A stretch of 64,000 nt of DNA from Octopus sinensis (taxonomy: Eukaryota): NCBI RefSeq assembly GCF_006345805.1, contig NC_043000.1, positions 117,552,001 to 117,616,000 on the forward strand, in the 5' to 3' direction. The notes beneath the pieces were generated by a model, which saw nothing but the letters and a program-made list of their open reading frames with translations, was not told the origin of the DNA and made no database searches. A program made the position numbers and the translations under genes. Each line of letters starts with the position of its first letter. Within the stretch, counting starts at the first letter, position 1. Of this stretch, positions 40,170 through 54,389 are shown in pieces.

Positions 40170-40851
40170 TATGGTTCCATTTCAATTCATATTTGCAATT
40201 ATATCTCCTAAATTATTTACTCAGATAACTAAGAAAAGCTTAACCATCATACTATTTTATTTCCTTTATATATAAATCTTCATATTTTCCACTTCATTAA
40301 CAACCTAATAATATATCTAAGATCTTCACTAGTTAGCAGAAGAAACCCCTTATTTTGGTGTTTATTTAGCATTCTACATTATGGTTTAATATTCTGTTAC
40401 ATTCTCTGAATGAAATTCTAAAAACTTGGTGTTATGCCTAATCAACAAATTATATGAATTCTTATATATGATAATTTAATCATATTTTTGAATTATCCAT
40501 TAAACTTCTTTTGAAATGCATGGTACCCACCCTGGTAGCAGTTATTGCTAGATAACTCATAAATCATGGCAGAGTGAGAAGTTTGAATTTAAAATATAGA
40601 ATATAGAAGGTATCTAGAATATATGTATGTATAATCCAAATAGGAAGACAAAGAAAAGCCTTGATATATTTTAATGATCAGTTACAATTGTTTCTGTGCC
40701 AACTATTCTTTCAGTGCCAAGCACACAATAGTTTCACTGTTGTGAAACCAGAACTTTTTACACCTGAAGAATTTCTATATTAGTCTGGAACCTGACAGTG
40801 TCTATAGCCCAAAGCTTGGATTCGGTGTTGCATTGGAAATAACCTATTGTA

Positions 40852-40978
40852 CAGGGTGTCCACAAAGTCTGGGTACATGGAGTAAATAAAATCATAACAT
40901 AAAGAATTAAATATAAGAAATAATAATTTCTTAAAGTATGTGTTAATCCCCATGTACCCAGACTTTGTGGACACTCTG
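40852..40978. mobile_element. Tc1/mariner-type MITE (127 bp)
   Basis: 29-bp TIR CAGGGTGTCCACAAAGTCTGGGTACATGG with one mismatch, TA on both sides. Confidence 0.9.
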
Positions 40979-41319
40979 TATATCTAATTCTTTTTTCTAC
41001 TCATTACAAAGATCCCAAATAATTTTTAATCATAGGTAGTCATATATAGCACCATTTCATCCTTATTTGAAGTCATCAGCACAGCATAACCCTAGATGAT
41101 TACACTGAAGTTGATTACACAAAATCAAACATTTTAACAAAGCCAGACAGTTTAGAAGTTATTCAAGGAAAGTTTTTCCTTTTTCTTTTCTTTTTTCTTT
41201 TTTACATTTTCTTTTTTTTCTACAGAAAAATAACATCTATAATTTTTGCAGTTAAAATTTCTTTCTGTAATTATTAAAACTTAACAAACTGACTTTATTT
41301 CATTTTCTTATCATTCCAG

Positions 41320-41521
41320 TCCTTCGCCCGAAATTAAACATGCAAATCACACTAATCGTACCAATTTGAAGCAGCAGCTTATGAAACAACAAGTTGCCGA
41401 ACAGGAACGTAAAGAATCCTTTTCTCCAGAATCTATGAAAATATACATTGACCCATCAGATTCTATTAATGTCCCCGAGCCCAAAAATGTCGGCAAAGAA
41501 GTACCGCCTCAAGTTCTTCAG
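41320..41521 (+). CDS. Mitf: MiT/TFE-family transcription factor, second coding exon (N-terminal MITF/TFEB domain, Rag-binding region)
   Basis: Branch-like CTGAC near 41289, pyrimidine tract, acceptor CAG| at 41319. The first base T completes AGT with the phase-2 donor at 4273. Translates (S)PSPEIKHANHTNRTNLKQQLMKQQVAEQERKESFSPESMKIYIDPSDSINVPEPKNVGKEVPPQVLQ, matching MITF/TFEB SRI.LR.QLMREQ..EQERRE...VP.EVLK. Donor CAG|GTATGA at 41522 is phase 0, the same position as the vertebrate VLK|VQ junction. Confidence 0.93.
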
Positions 41522-41849
41522 GTATGATTCATATTTTTTTCTTCCCAAACATCAATATTGTTTCTATTTACTTTCAGCAACAAAGGTAGCAAAAGATGGA
41601 CAAATTGCAATAACTGATAACAAAGAGCATGTAACTGCAATAATAATTAAGAAAGAAAGATTACATTTTACTCTCACACATAACTGAAATTTACATGATG
41701 TTGAAGATAACTGTGATGATATTGTTCGTTCCTTCTCGAACAAACAATATCATCACAGGTAGTATATATAATTTTCTTTCCCCACATCTTCTTTCATTCT
41801 TGCTCACTCTCTCTTGTCATATATATATATATGTGTGTGTGTGTGTATG

Positions 41850-41881
<32 letters not shown>

Positions 41882-42029
41882 TGTATATATATGTTTGCTT
41901 ATATATATATATGCTTGTATATATGTATGTATATATATGCTTGCATATATGTATGTATATATATGCTTGTATATATATATATGTATATATACTTGTATAT
42001 ATATGTATATGTATGTATATAAATATATT

Positions 42030-42063
<34 letters not shown>

Positions 42064-42692
42064 ATATGCTCGTATATATGCATGTATATAAATAGGTATG
42101 TATATATATATATATGCTTGTATATATGTATATATATAAATGTTTATATATATGTATCTATATATATGTGTGTATATATACACATATATATGTGCGTATA
42201 AATACATATATATGTATATATATATATGTATGTATATATATATGTATGTATATATATATGTATGTATATATATATGTATGTATATATATATGTATGTATA
42301 TATATATGTATAGCTACATACATATGTTTACATGAATCAATTTTTCCATTTCAAAAGTTTCTATTTTCAACATTCATCTATTAACCATAAAAAGATGACT
42401 TCTAAAAAAAAATCTCACCACATGGTCAATTTAGATGGCTAATGGACCGCAAAGTATATTTTAAGGTTCAATAACTCCTTGAATTTAACAACACCAACTC
42501 ACAACTACTATAATTCAAACTGAAACAAAGTCGACTAACATATGATCAGCAACAGACAGATGTTGGCTATCAACAAATGGGACGCCACAATCACTTTGAT
42601 TTGCTTCTAAATAACCTAATGCTATTATCTTTTATTTTTGTCTTTCTAGTTATCTATAATCTTTCTGTTTGTTCATATATTTGCTAATGTTT

Positions 42693-42865
42693 CTATCTGT
42701 CTGTCCTTCCGTCTGCCTGCCTCTGTCTATCAGTCTTTCCTTCTGTCTGTCTGTCTGTTTATCTATTTATCTATCTATCTATCTATTTATCTATCTATTT
42801 ATCTATCTATTTATTTATCTATCTATCTATCTATCTGTCTGTCTATCTATTTATCTGTCTATCTA

Positions 42866-42910
<45 letters not shown>

Positions 42911-43085
42911 TTATCTGTCTGTCTATCTATTTATCTGTCTGTCTATCTATTTATCTGTCTATCTATCTATCTCTCTATCTATCTATCTATCTATCTGTCT
43001 ATCTATCTGCCTGTCAGTCTGTCTGTCTGTCTGTCTGTCTATCTATTTATCTCTCTATCTATCTATCTATCTATCTGTCTGTCTG
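42693..43085. repeat. (TCTA)n/(TCTG)n tetranucleotide tract
   Basis: Direct inspection. Other long compound TA/TG tracts at ~1535-1740, 4378-4880, 31880-32260, 41819-42330. Confidence 0.95.
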
Positions 43086-45771
43086 GAAAAAATTAAGAAT
43101 TTAGTGAAATAACTGTGTCATTATTATTAAACCAGTGATTGAAAAATTAATTAATACAAAATTTTGATGGAAGATTATAATTTAGATCACTTTGAAGCTG
43201 TGTGTTATAAAACCAGAGATGGTATCAGAAGTGTTAATTAATTAAGTGGTTAACTAATTAGCAAATAAAATTAAAGAATTGAAATAAAAAACCAGTGCAT
43301 GTGTTTATTATTGGCATAATGACCCTCCCAAGATACAACACAGGAGTTCACACCATTGACTCTTACAAACCATATATAAAATAAATATAAAACAATTGTT
43401 ACTGGAACAATATGAGTTGTAGAATCAACTAATAAAAGGCCATTACACTTTAGTGTATGTTTGTTTTCCCTATCTATCCTTCTATCTACCTACCTACCTG
43501 TTGGTCTGTCTACCTGTAGGCCTACCAGTCTGTTAGTCAATTTGCTTAGCTGTTTATTTGCCTACATATTGTTTTTCATTTCCCCATTTTGATGTTTCCC
43601 AGTGACTGAGTAATATGTTTACAGTCAAGTGGAACCTCTGGGCACAGCTGTTTGTGCGCTAATGATTTGGCACGGCTGACTAGGCATTCAGCCTGTTCTG
43701 GCAATAGAGCATTTTTAGTGCTTGAGGCAAACACATGAATACACACACATATGAATGTGCACATGTGTAAATATACACATAGACAGAAAGAGGGGAGAGA
43801 GAGAGAGCTAGAGAGGAAGAGACATAAACAAAATTGAGTATGAGAAAGCACTGTCTTTCTTATACACATAGGGAAATTTGGTCACTGTCATAAGTTAGAA
43901 AACATTTAGCATTAATTTTTTATATAAAATTATTTTAAAGCAATTTGGCAAAGATAAACAAACAAAAAAACGATCAAAAACAAAACCAAAAACAATAGAA
44001 TAACAATTGTCTTTCAATTACCAAAGGTCAAGTTCATTTGAAGTTTGGATGTCCTTAACTGATGTTTCTGTTAATTTCAGGTTCATTTTTTATCTATTTT
44101 TATTCCAACAATTGAAAGCTGCTTTATTCTCTCTCTCCCTCTTTCTTTCTCTTTCTTTCTCTCTCTCTCTCTCTCTCTCTCTGATATTGGTTGCTTATAT
44201 GAAGTTTTGATCTCCAAACCAATCTGACTCTTAAATCCTGTTGACAGAAATTATATTATAACGTTGGACCCAGTTTTCTTAATCTAACATCTTATCTTAC
44301 AAGCAGTTTATTTTGATGCTATTTATTTATTTATTTGCAAAAGTAATGACGATGATGATCGTTATTATTACAATCATTATTATTATTATTATTATTATTA
44401 TGGTGGTAAAAGGCGGCAAGCTGGCAGAATCATAAGCACACTGGACTAAATATTTAGCAGCATTTTGTCCATTTTTACATTGAGTTCAAATTCTGCTGAG
44501 GTTCACTTTGCCTTTCATCCTTTTGTTGGCTGATAAAAAAATACCAGTCATATACCAAGGTTATATGTTGATTTGTTTACATCCTGGTGAATTAGTGGTT
44601 TGGCAAAGAAGACTGATAGAAAAAGCACCAGATGCACAAAAGTAAAAACCAAGGGCAATTTGTTTGACTAAAACTTCTCAAGGCAGTAGCCCAGCATAAC
44701 CTTTGTCCAACAACTAAAACACATACTAGATAAAAGAAACTGAAAAAGTCGAAAGAAATCATCATCATCATTAATATTATTATTAAAATTAAAATTAAAA
44801 GAGTGCCATTGTTATCTAGTGAACGATATTTCGACATCTTGTGTCTTCAACTGGTTCAAAAAATAATTTTATCAATCTACTTCATTTTGGTTAATATATA
44901 AAGGATTGTGGTAACTCCTCCAGAAGATATAGAGTCAAAATTTATTATTATTAGTATTCGTATTAGTATTATCTCCTCTTGTTTAATAAAACCTATGACA
45001 TGGCTGGTAAAGTGCTGGAATTAAAATCTCTGAATACTTTGAGCAATGCTTGTACTTTTGATAATTATCTTCTATATGAACTTGATAATAAAGTAATACT
45101 CTCTTATTTTTGACCTATTATCCTTATGAATTTGATAATACAACCAGTAAGTACTATATGGTTGACCTTCTGTGTAAACAGAACACATTTTTATTGTCTC
45201 CCTTTGTTGTTGACTCTTACCATCCCAGTATCAATCGTAATGGTACAAAGTGAGAGCTATTTCTGTGTACTAAATGCTACCAGTTATTATTGTAATCTAT
45301 GGAGAGGTGTACTATCGCCACTTCACCATTATTAACATCACTAACAGATCTGATGTTAGCTGGTGTATATAAACTTTATTTCTGGCTCCTGTGCAGGTGA
45401 CACGTAAAAAAACACCACATAAGCATGGCTGTTGCCAGTACCGCCTGACTGGCCCTCGTGCCGGTGGCATGTAAAAGGACCCACTATATTCTTGGAGTGG
45501 TTGGCGTTAGGAAGGGCATCCAGCTGTAGAAACTCTGCCAAATCAGATTGGGGCCCGGTGCCGCTATCTGGTTCGCCAGTCCTCAGTCAAATTGTCCAAC
45601 CCACGCTAGCATGGAAAGCGGATGTTAAATGAAATTCTTCTTCTATTGAAGAGCGTAGGCTTGAAACATAAAAGACTTTCTCATTTCCCATGTGTTAAAC
45701 TAATACATCTGTTTGTTGTTTACATACCCGTCTTCATCTTTTGTTTTGTTTTTTTGTAAATTCCAACTATA

Positions 45772-45810
<39 letters not shown>

Positions 45811-46459
45811 CATACACATACATACACACATACACACATATATATATATGTAATGTGAAAAAAAACTTAAGACCTGGTAATTCAATCCACATTGAATTAC
45901 CAGGTCTTTTGTTCCTTCACATTACATATTTATATCTTTCGTCTCAAATTACTCTTGTGCACTTCTAAGTCCAAACCTCTATACTGTGAGAGAATTTCTA
46001 ATCAATCTTATTTCTAAAAATATATTATATCTACATATGTTATATATATATATACACACACACATACACTACAGGCTTCTTCCGTACCATATAACAAATC
46101 CACTCGCAAAGCTTTGGTCGGCCCAGGGCAATATTAGTTTGAGTTTTAAAGCTGAGTCAACAGTGAGGCGTTCCAACTAGATGAAATATCTTAGTGGTTA
46201 AAAAATGTCAGCAGAAGGGCTCCCTAGGGGTTACGACCAGGATGCATCCCAGTTATAACTCCTGGGAGAGACACTGCAATTAGGTTGTATTACTTCTGCT
46301 TTGGGCTGGTCAGTAAGGTGAGGAATATTGTATTTGACCCTTTTTCAGGATCTTCAAGACTGGTGAGAGAAATGCATCCTTAATGTTTGCTATAGACCAA
46401 ACTTAGTTGAAGGCATCAATAACTAAGGTGGTGGTACTAAACTTAGAGACAGTTAAGTT

Positions 46460-47030
46460 TTGACCCATGGTGTCAAATTAATCTCAGAACTTGAAGCAAT
46501 CCAACGAAGCTACACGAAGAAGATGGCCTCTATGCAGCATATAAGCTATTGGGAAAGATTCAAGAGATTAAGACTCTATTCCTTAGAGCATAGGCGAGAA
46601 AGATATGCCATAATATACATCTGGAAGATCCTGGAAGGACTTGTCCAAAACTTTGGCATCAAGAGTTACACAAATACTAGAACTGGGTGCCACTACATAG
46701 TTCCAAGGACTCCAAATTTGCCATCAAGATGTAGGACAAGGTACTGCAGCAGCCTGGGCTTCAGAGGTCCACAGCTCTTCAATATCCTCTCAAAGGACCT
46801 GAGAGACCTGCATGGGGTGGATATAGGTGTCTTCAAAATGAAGCTGGACCTCTTCCTGTCAGGTGTCCAAAGATGAACCAACTTCATGGCAGGAGGTGCA
46901 GATGAGGGCAGCTGCATCAAATGTCAATTGCTAAAAAGCATTCGTGAAGTAAAATCATGTAGCAACACCGAATGGCGGTGCCCCAGCATGGCCACAGCTC
47001 GTGAGCTGAAACTAGATGAAATGAAATGAA
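46460..47030 (+). mobile_element. 5'-truncated LINE (CR1/L2-group) ORF2 C-terminus, 3' UTR and (ATGAA)3 tail
   Basis: LEAIQRSYTKK...SYWERFKRLRLYSLEHRRERY...FNILSKDLR...FKMKLDLFL is the characteristic post-RT region; short 3' UTR with hairpin and tandem tail. Confidence 0.85.
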
Positions 47031-49093
47031 AAATGTATATAAACTGTTTGACCTACAATTTTATTTATTGTTTGCCTGATTCAAATCATGAGTCATTCTT
47101 TTTCCATGTCACTTCAATAACAGAAGTTTAAAACAGCCAATTCCTTTTAGAAAAGCATGGACTTTAGCCCCACCAATTTCCCCCTTGTATAGAATCTGTG
47201 GTGTTATGCTTATGTTATAAATCATCATCATCATCATTACCATTGTTGATGTTAATATCACAGTCACTACTATTGTAATTGTTATTATTAACAATCATGG
47301 TGGGTTGGTCATTTGGGATGAGTGGTGAATAAAATGACTAATGACTTGCAGCATTTAGTTATATCTTCTCAGATTCTGAGTTCAAGTCTTACTAAGGTTG
47401 ATCATATATTTTATCCTTCTAATCTAGAATGAAACTTTTGAATAAGATGTAGCGCCCTCCCAACCTATCTAGGACAGCAGAAATGACCACCCAGCCTATG
47501 CCTACATAGGAAGTTCACATAAAATAATGGTAATCATGATTATGTTGATACAGTGTCGGTGACATGTAAAAAGCACCAACCGATTGTGGCTGTTTGCCAG
47601 CCTCCTCTGGCCCCTGTGTCGGTGGTACGTAAAAAGCACTCATGGAGTGGTTGGTGTGAGGAAGGGCATCCAGCCATAGAAACACTGCCAGATCAGACTG
47701 GAGCCTAACGCAGCCTCCTGGCTTCCCAGACCCCGGTCAAATCGTCCAACCCATGCTAGCATGGAAAATGGACATTAAACGATGATGATGATGATGAGTA
47801 TATATAGTATTGATATCCTGTAAAAAAAATAATAGAAACTTAATATAGGAGTGGGCATAGCTGTGTGGTTAAAAAGCTTACTTTGCAGTCATGTGGTTTC
47901 AGGTTCAGTCCCACTGTACACCACTTTCAGCAAGTGTCTTTTAGTATAGCCCCAGGTCAACCAGTGCATTGTCAGTTAACTCTGATGAGCATTAAGTTAT
48001 ATGATCTGATTGTTACATAACACTCCATTGTATTCCTAGCATGAAACTGATTATGATGATAATGATGATGAAATTCCTATCAGTCATTAGATTATGGCCA
48101 TGAAAAATTTTGATCTGATGAATTGATCCTAGCACTATTTTTTTTTTATTTTTGTAAATCTGGTACTTATTCTAGTGGTCTCTTTTGCCAAACTAGGACA
48201 TAAACACACCAACACTGGTTGTCAAACAGGAGTAGGGGACAGACTCATACATACACATATGTATGTGTGTGTGCATATATATATATATATATATACACAC
48301 ACACGTACACAATGGGCTTCTTTCTTTAGATCTAACAAATCCACTCATAAGGCTTTGGTCAGCCCACAGCTGTAGTAAATGACACTTGCCCAAAATGGCA
48401 CACAGTAGAATCGAACATGGAATTGTACAGTTGGAACGGAAATTTCTTACCATGCAACCACACCTGTAAGAAATTCACTCTAAGTTAAAAATCATCAACA
48501 TGTTTATAATTCCACAACCATATTTTAAAGTCTGCTTAAGTAGTTACTCATAAATGCTCTGCAGCCCATTCTCAGTATGAAAATTTTGCTTGTGTACTGT
48601 TGGGCCATGTTTGTTCACCTTTGTACTTGTGGTGGGAGTGGTATTAGTATTGTTAGTAAAGGTGGTAGTGATAAAAGCATATTGAATAATGGTGGTGGTG
48701 GTAGTGTTTGTGGTGGTGGTGGTGAGTGTCACTGATGTAGTTGCTGCCAGTGTTTGCTGTCCAAGAGGATGGTGATGTGACTGGTGTAGAATTCCATTGT
48801 TTTATACTTTTCAATAAACTAAAAGAATTTATCTTCAGTGTTTTGAGAGAAAACAAAGAGAGCAAAGGAAAGCAACAGAGAGAAAGAAAGATAGAGAGAG
48901 TAGATATATAGAAAGTAGCATAGAAAATTAGCAAGAGTGAGATGGGGGGGAGGGGACAAACTTTTAATAGATAAAGAAATGCAGGAATTAGAGATAAATA
49001 AGAATACACATACATACATACATACATACATACATACATTCACTCACATATATATACACACAATCACTCACTCATATGCTTACAGTCACATAT

Positions 49094-49124
<31 letters not shown>

Positions 49125-49703
49125 GTTAGACACTATTCCACTTACAGATACATACATATATGTATATACACACTCAAACACACACACACAGACAGATAGA
49201 CTGAGGGAAAGTGAGAGAGAGAAGTGTAAGAATCGAGGTGGGCGGTGTGGAGGGGTGGATATGGTAGACCTATTTGTTTTTGTGAAAAAAAAAAATTTAC
49301 CTTTGGACAGAATACTTTATAGCTTGTTTTTCACAGTTATTTGTTAGATGAAATGTTTATATTTTACATTTCCCCTCTGTCTCCCTTCAAGTAAACTGAC
49401 TCTGTAAAACCTGTAATGGTTTCTTCATCTGTCCCATACATTGAAATTTTGGGGGATGGAACTAGCCTGATTGAGTGATTATGGGTTTTGTAAAGAAAAG
49501 GAGAAAGTGAAAAGAATAGGAATTTATTATTAACTATTCTGTATTGTATCCAGTTGATTATTTAATTTATCCAAAATTAGCAGTGTTAAGTTGTAATTAC
49601 TGACTTGGGTTAAAAACGACAGCAAAAAAAAAAAAGAAAATGGAATTGGGGAATGCAAAGCTATGAAATAAGATCTAAAATCTAGTTGTGGTGTCACACC
49701 GAT

Positions 49704-49766
49704 ATGTTATTGCTGGTATATGAAGTTAATTCTCTGAATGAACCAAGCACTTTACAGTCAAAAACG
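49704..49766 (+). CDS. Candidate alternative first coding exon of the Mitf-like gene (phase 0)
   Basis: gatATG start, MLLLVYEVNSLNEPSTLQSKT, then ACG|GTAAGC at 49767. Upstream in-frame TAG at 49683. Repeat-poor surroundings. No homology support. Confidence 0.3.
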
Positions 49767-50592
49767 GTAAGCAATTATTAGTTGATGAAAACGCTCTATT
49801 GTTTCTTTTCAGTGTTGAGTGACAATAGTTGCTATTAAAAAAAAAATTCCATACATATTCTCTCTAAGTTTTCATATTTGTTGAACATTCACAAAAACAA
49901 GGGAAAAAAAAAATTTAACATCCATGTTCAAACTCACACACATGGGCAGACTCATACTCACACACACACACACATGGGCAGACTCATACTCACACACACA
50001 CACACACATGTATATTTGCAAAAAAGAAATGGCTTTTAAAAATTTAAATATTTGTTATGTGGGTGCCACACCAACAATATGTGTGCATATAAACACATGT
50101 ACATATAAATGCGTGTGTCCTGTTAAAAGGGAATTTGTGCAATTTCTATAAGTGTTTTATTGGTGGGATTTTTTTATATCGCTTCTTTGCAAAAATGCAT
50201 TTTATTTAATTATTAGATAGTTATGTATATTATTTAATTTAATTTTTTTTTTTATAAACAAGGGATTTTTGAATATCTGTCACATTTGAACAGTAAGTAG
50301 AGTAGCTCATTTCTTGCTTTGATTTTAAATATTATTAGAGCCTTCTTGTTTACGTATATGGATGAATATGGTATGTTTTTAACTTTGCTATTGATGTTTC
50401 ATTGAATAAGCATTCTTGCTTTTTTTTTTTTTTGAGAAAATGTTGATTTTTCATTACTTAGTTGCACACACACACACACGTCGAATAGCATATTTTAAAG
50501 TAAGTTTAAGAATAACAATTGAAAACTCACAGAAGTGCAAACTCAGTATTGAGAGCAGTGATGCATATTGTAAAGTTTGTGTTGACTAAGAC

Positions 50593-50630
<38 letters not shown>

Positions 50631-53594
50631 TATACATTCATTCATACATACATACATGCATGCATACACACATGTATGTGTGTGTGAATATACATACATA
50701 TATATATATAAAATACAAAAATGGGACAAGAACGCAAAACATCCGGACAGTTAGGTGAAACAAAAAAAGGAAAACAAAATATCCAGACAGACGATACAAG
50801 GAAAACAAGGATGGATCATTCGGAGTTTTCTATCCTCAGTCGAATTCCAGATTATCTTTGCAATTTCAGCTGGTTATACTCAAGATATACAAACACATGC
50901 AAAAAAATGATATAGACAGGCTGTGCATCTATGTACATATACATGTATGTTAGATAGACAAATCCTTGTATTTAGCTTGGTAAAACAGTCAGTATTCAGG
51001 AACTATTTTCAGCATCTCTATATCTAATGTATATTTATTATTTGATGACCATTTTTATATAACCTTTTATGCTTTCTCCTTTTGTTTCCCCTCCAAATTA
51101 AGTCATTTGTATTTTGATGTAACTCCTGTCTTTTTATAGTTGTTAATCACTAATACACGAAACAAGAGTGGAACCTATTTGTTAACCGCTCTGTCTGAAG
51201 TTGGCAAAGTTATGTACCTTGTTCAAGGGAGACAATGCTATAACATTTTGCAGTTTCAGTTTTATGAATTTGTGGTTAATAACCGAGCATCTTAACATAA
51301 AGATACTGTGCCTTGTGGTTTATTTTGACAAAAAAAAAAAAAAAAAACTTAACAGGTTATTGCCCTTGGTTAATTATTTTTTACTGCTAATTATAACTTC
51401 ATACATTTATAACTGTTTAATGAGGATATGTTCTTTCTCTCATGCACATTCGCATATACATTCTCACTCTCTATTCCCCTTTCTCTCTTTATTCTCTCTT
51501 TTACCCCTACCTATACAACCACAAAAGAATGTAGTTGTGTATTCTCTTTCTCTCTCTCTTTCTCCATAGATCGTTAGCCACTACACACATTTTTTTTCTC
51601 TCCTTGTTTTTTCTGTGTCCCTTTCTGTAGAAGAGCATAGGCTCGAAACGTAAAAGACTTTTTCTATTCTTGGGCGTTATACTAATACATCTGTTTGTTT
51701 TGTACACCACCTGTCTTTGTCTTTTGTTTTTTTCGTAAACTCTCCCTATATATATATATATATATATAATATATATATATATAACATAAATGCATGTTAG
51801 CTAATCAAAAAAAACCAACAAATCTTCATTCACTTAAACATTTATTACTTGGTATCCAAATTTTAGTCACACCAACTACAACCTGGTCAGTGACATGGTT
51901 TGACCACACACACGTTTACTTGTTTATACTACACAGAATTGCATAACAAATCATGGCGGCCTAGGAGTTGAGCACTTGTGTGGTGTGCTTGGGCAATATC
52001 CTTAACCTCCATTGTCTTGCATGGGGATTTGATTGGAATATTTACACACAGTTTCTTCTAATAGGGCCCTCTGGCGAGCATGTCTAAGGACTTTACCCCA
52101 CCTATGATTTTCATATGAATAGTGGAGGTAGAGGTGAAGTTACAAAAACAAAATTACATAAGATTTTAATTGCTAATTTTATTTCTTCCTTTTTATCTTT
52201 TGTTTAAGTGTATCGATTTACTTAACCAGTTAATCATAGTTCATTAACAATGATGAAGGCAGATCCAAAGTTACTTAAATTAAGAAGTGTACATATATAT
52301 TCCTCAGAAAAATTCCTTTTGGTGCAGACATGGCTGTGTGGTTAAGTTACTTGCCTTGCAACCACATGGTTTCAGGTTAAATTCCACTGATATAATCCTG
52401 GGCCAACCAATGCCTTATGAGTGGATTTGCTAAACAGAAACTGTATGGAAGCCCATCATATATACATACACACACACATAAATATGTGTATATGTGTGTG
52501 TCTTTACATCTGTGTTTGTTTCATCCCCCCCCCACTGCTTGACAACTCATATTGGTTTGTTTATGTTTCTGTGACTTAACAGTTCAGTAATAGAGAATGA
52601 TAGAATAATTACCAAACCTTTAAAAATGAGTCCTGGAGTCAATTAGTTTGGCTAAAACCTTTTATGGTGACACTCCAGCATGGCTGCAATCCCAAAACTG
52701 AAACAAGTAAAAGGTAAATAATAATAGGTTTATAGAATTTTCCCTGTGGGGTGTGTAAAAAATATGTGCTCCCAGTTTGTAATAACAGGGGCAAAAGACC
52801 ACAGATATATGCAAAATCAGTGTTTGACTGATTATTTAATTGGCTCCAGGAAAATGGAAAGCAAAGTTGATATAAGAAGGATTTGAATTGAGAATTGTAA
52901 AGAACAAGCTATAAAAAACTAAGCCAAACAGACCTTGCTGGTGCTTGCCAGCTCCTGTTGAACCATCCAACCCATGCCCATTTGGAAGACAGATGTTAGA
53001 TGGCGATGATGAATAATGATCATGGAATGCATTTGGTCCGCTTCCTTGGGGATTCTGCCACCCACTGCCCAAGTGATATTACTGAATGTAGGGTAATAAG
53101 TCTAGGGAAAGTATTTAACCAAGGCTAATTTTATTGACTCTGGGAAGATGGAAAGCAAAGCTGTCCAGGAGTGGAACTTTGAGCATAAGGAGTCAGAATT
53201 ACCGAAAGACATTTTGCTCATTAGTCTAATGATTTTTGTCAATCAAATGGAGTAAATGTACTCTAATGGAGTTTACCTGTCATGCCTCATTCAAGAGTAC
53301 AAAGCCTCGAACACTACACATATCAAGCAAATATTATACCATCCCACCCCATTCAACTGGAGCCTTCACTGTAACAATAAATGCTTGGTGTGACTTGTGT
53401 GCTGTATATTGAAAAACTCTTTTCAAACTTGTGTGTTTCATCTTGAATTTTTATATGGTACATCTTGAATGCAATGTGGTATGTTATGTCTTTGAAGCCA
53501 GTTTTAGGTTAGATAGTTTGTCTGAAGCTTCTGTTTTTTTTTTAAATTAATTTAACTGATTATATAATTTCCATAAATCCATACCATACATACT

Positions 53595-53812
53595 CTTTTA
53601 CTCTTTTACTTGTTTCAGTCATCTGACTGGGGCCATGCTGGAGCACCGCCTTTTAATCGAGCAACTTGACCCCGGGACTTATTCTTTTGTAAGCCCAGTA
53701 CTTATTCTATCGGTCTCTTTTGCCGAACCGCTAAGTAACGGGGACATAAACACACCAGCATTGGTTGTCAAGCAATGCTAGGGGGACAAACACAGACACA
53801 CAAACACACACA

Positions 53813-53858
<46 letters not shown>

Positions 53859-54018
53859 TACGACGGGCTTCTTTCAGTTTCCGTCTACCAAATCCACTCA
53901 CAAGGCTTTGGTTGGCCCAGGGCTATAGTAGAAGACACTTACCCAAGGTGCCACACAGTAGGACTGAACCCGGAACCATGTGGTTGGTAGACAAGCTACT
54001 TACCACACAGCCACTCCT
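53595..54018 (-). mobile_element. SINE family A, full length, reverse orientation
   Basis: Reverse complement of the 31161 copy. Further decayed copies at about 9340-9945(-), 11474-11690, 11985-12195(-), 48160-48466(-), 52320-52715, 60275-60405(-), 63805-64000(-). Confidence 0.88.
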
Positions 54019-54302
54019 GGGATGTGTTTAATAAAAGTTCTTTTACCCCTCTTATCATATTAAACATAACTTCTCTACAACTATGTCAATAATTCCACCA
54101 TGACTGCCACCATGGTGAATATAATAAAAATAATTTTGACACTGATAATAATGATGGTGGTGGTGGCGGTAGCAATGATGATGATAATGATGACCATATT
54201 TATGTGTTTCTTTGGCTGTGTGGCTAAGAACTCGAAGCCACATAGCTGCAAGCTACATGGGCAAACGTCTTCTGTCTTAGTCCCAGGCCAATCAACTACA
54301 AA

Positions 54303-54349
54303 GTTTTAGAAGTAATTAAATGGAGTGGAATTTTGGAAATTTAACTAAA

Positions 54350-54389
<40 letters not shown>

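Larger units (their letters stand above)
4274..41319 (+). other. Large GT-AG intron (~37 kb including a 100-N gap) of the Mitf-like gene
   Basis: Starts GTAAG and ends CCAG with matching phase between the two homology-supported exons; filled with SINEs, MITEs and microsatellites. Confidence 0.8.

Noticed and set aside
41448-41687. 79-aa ORF from the track overlapping the second exon
   Set aside because: Wrong frame; the MiT/TFE homology and splice phases support the other frame.
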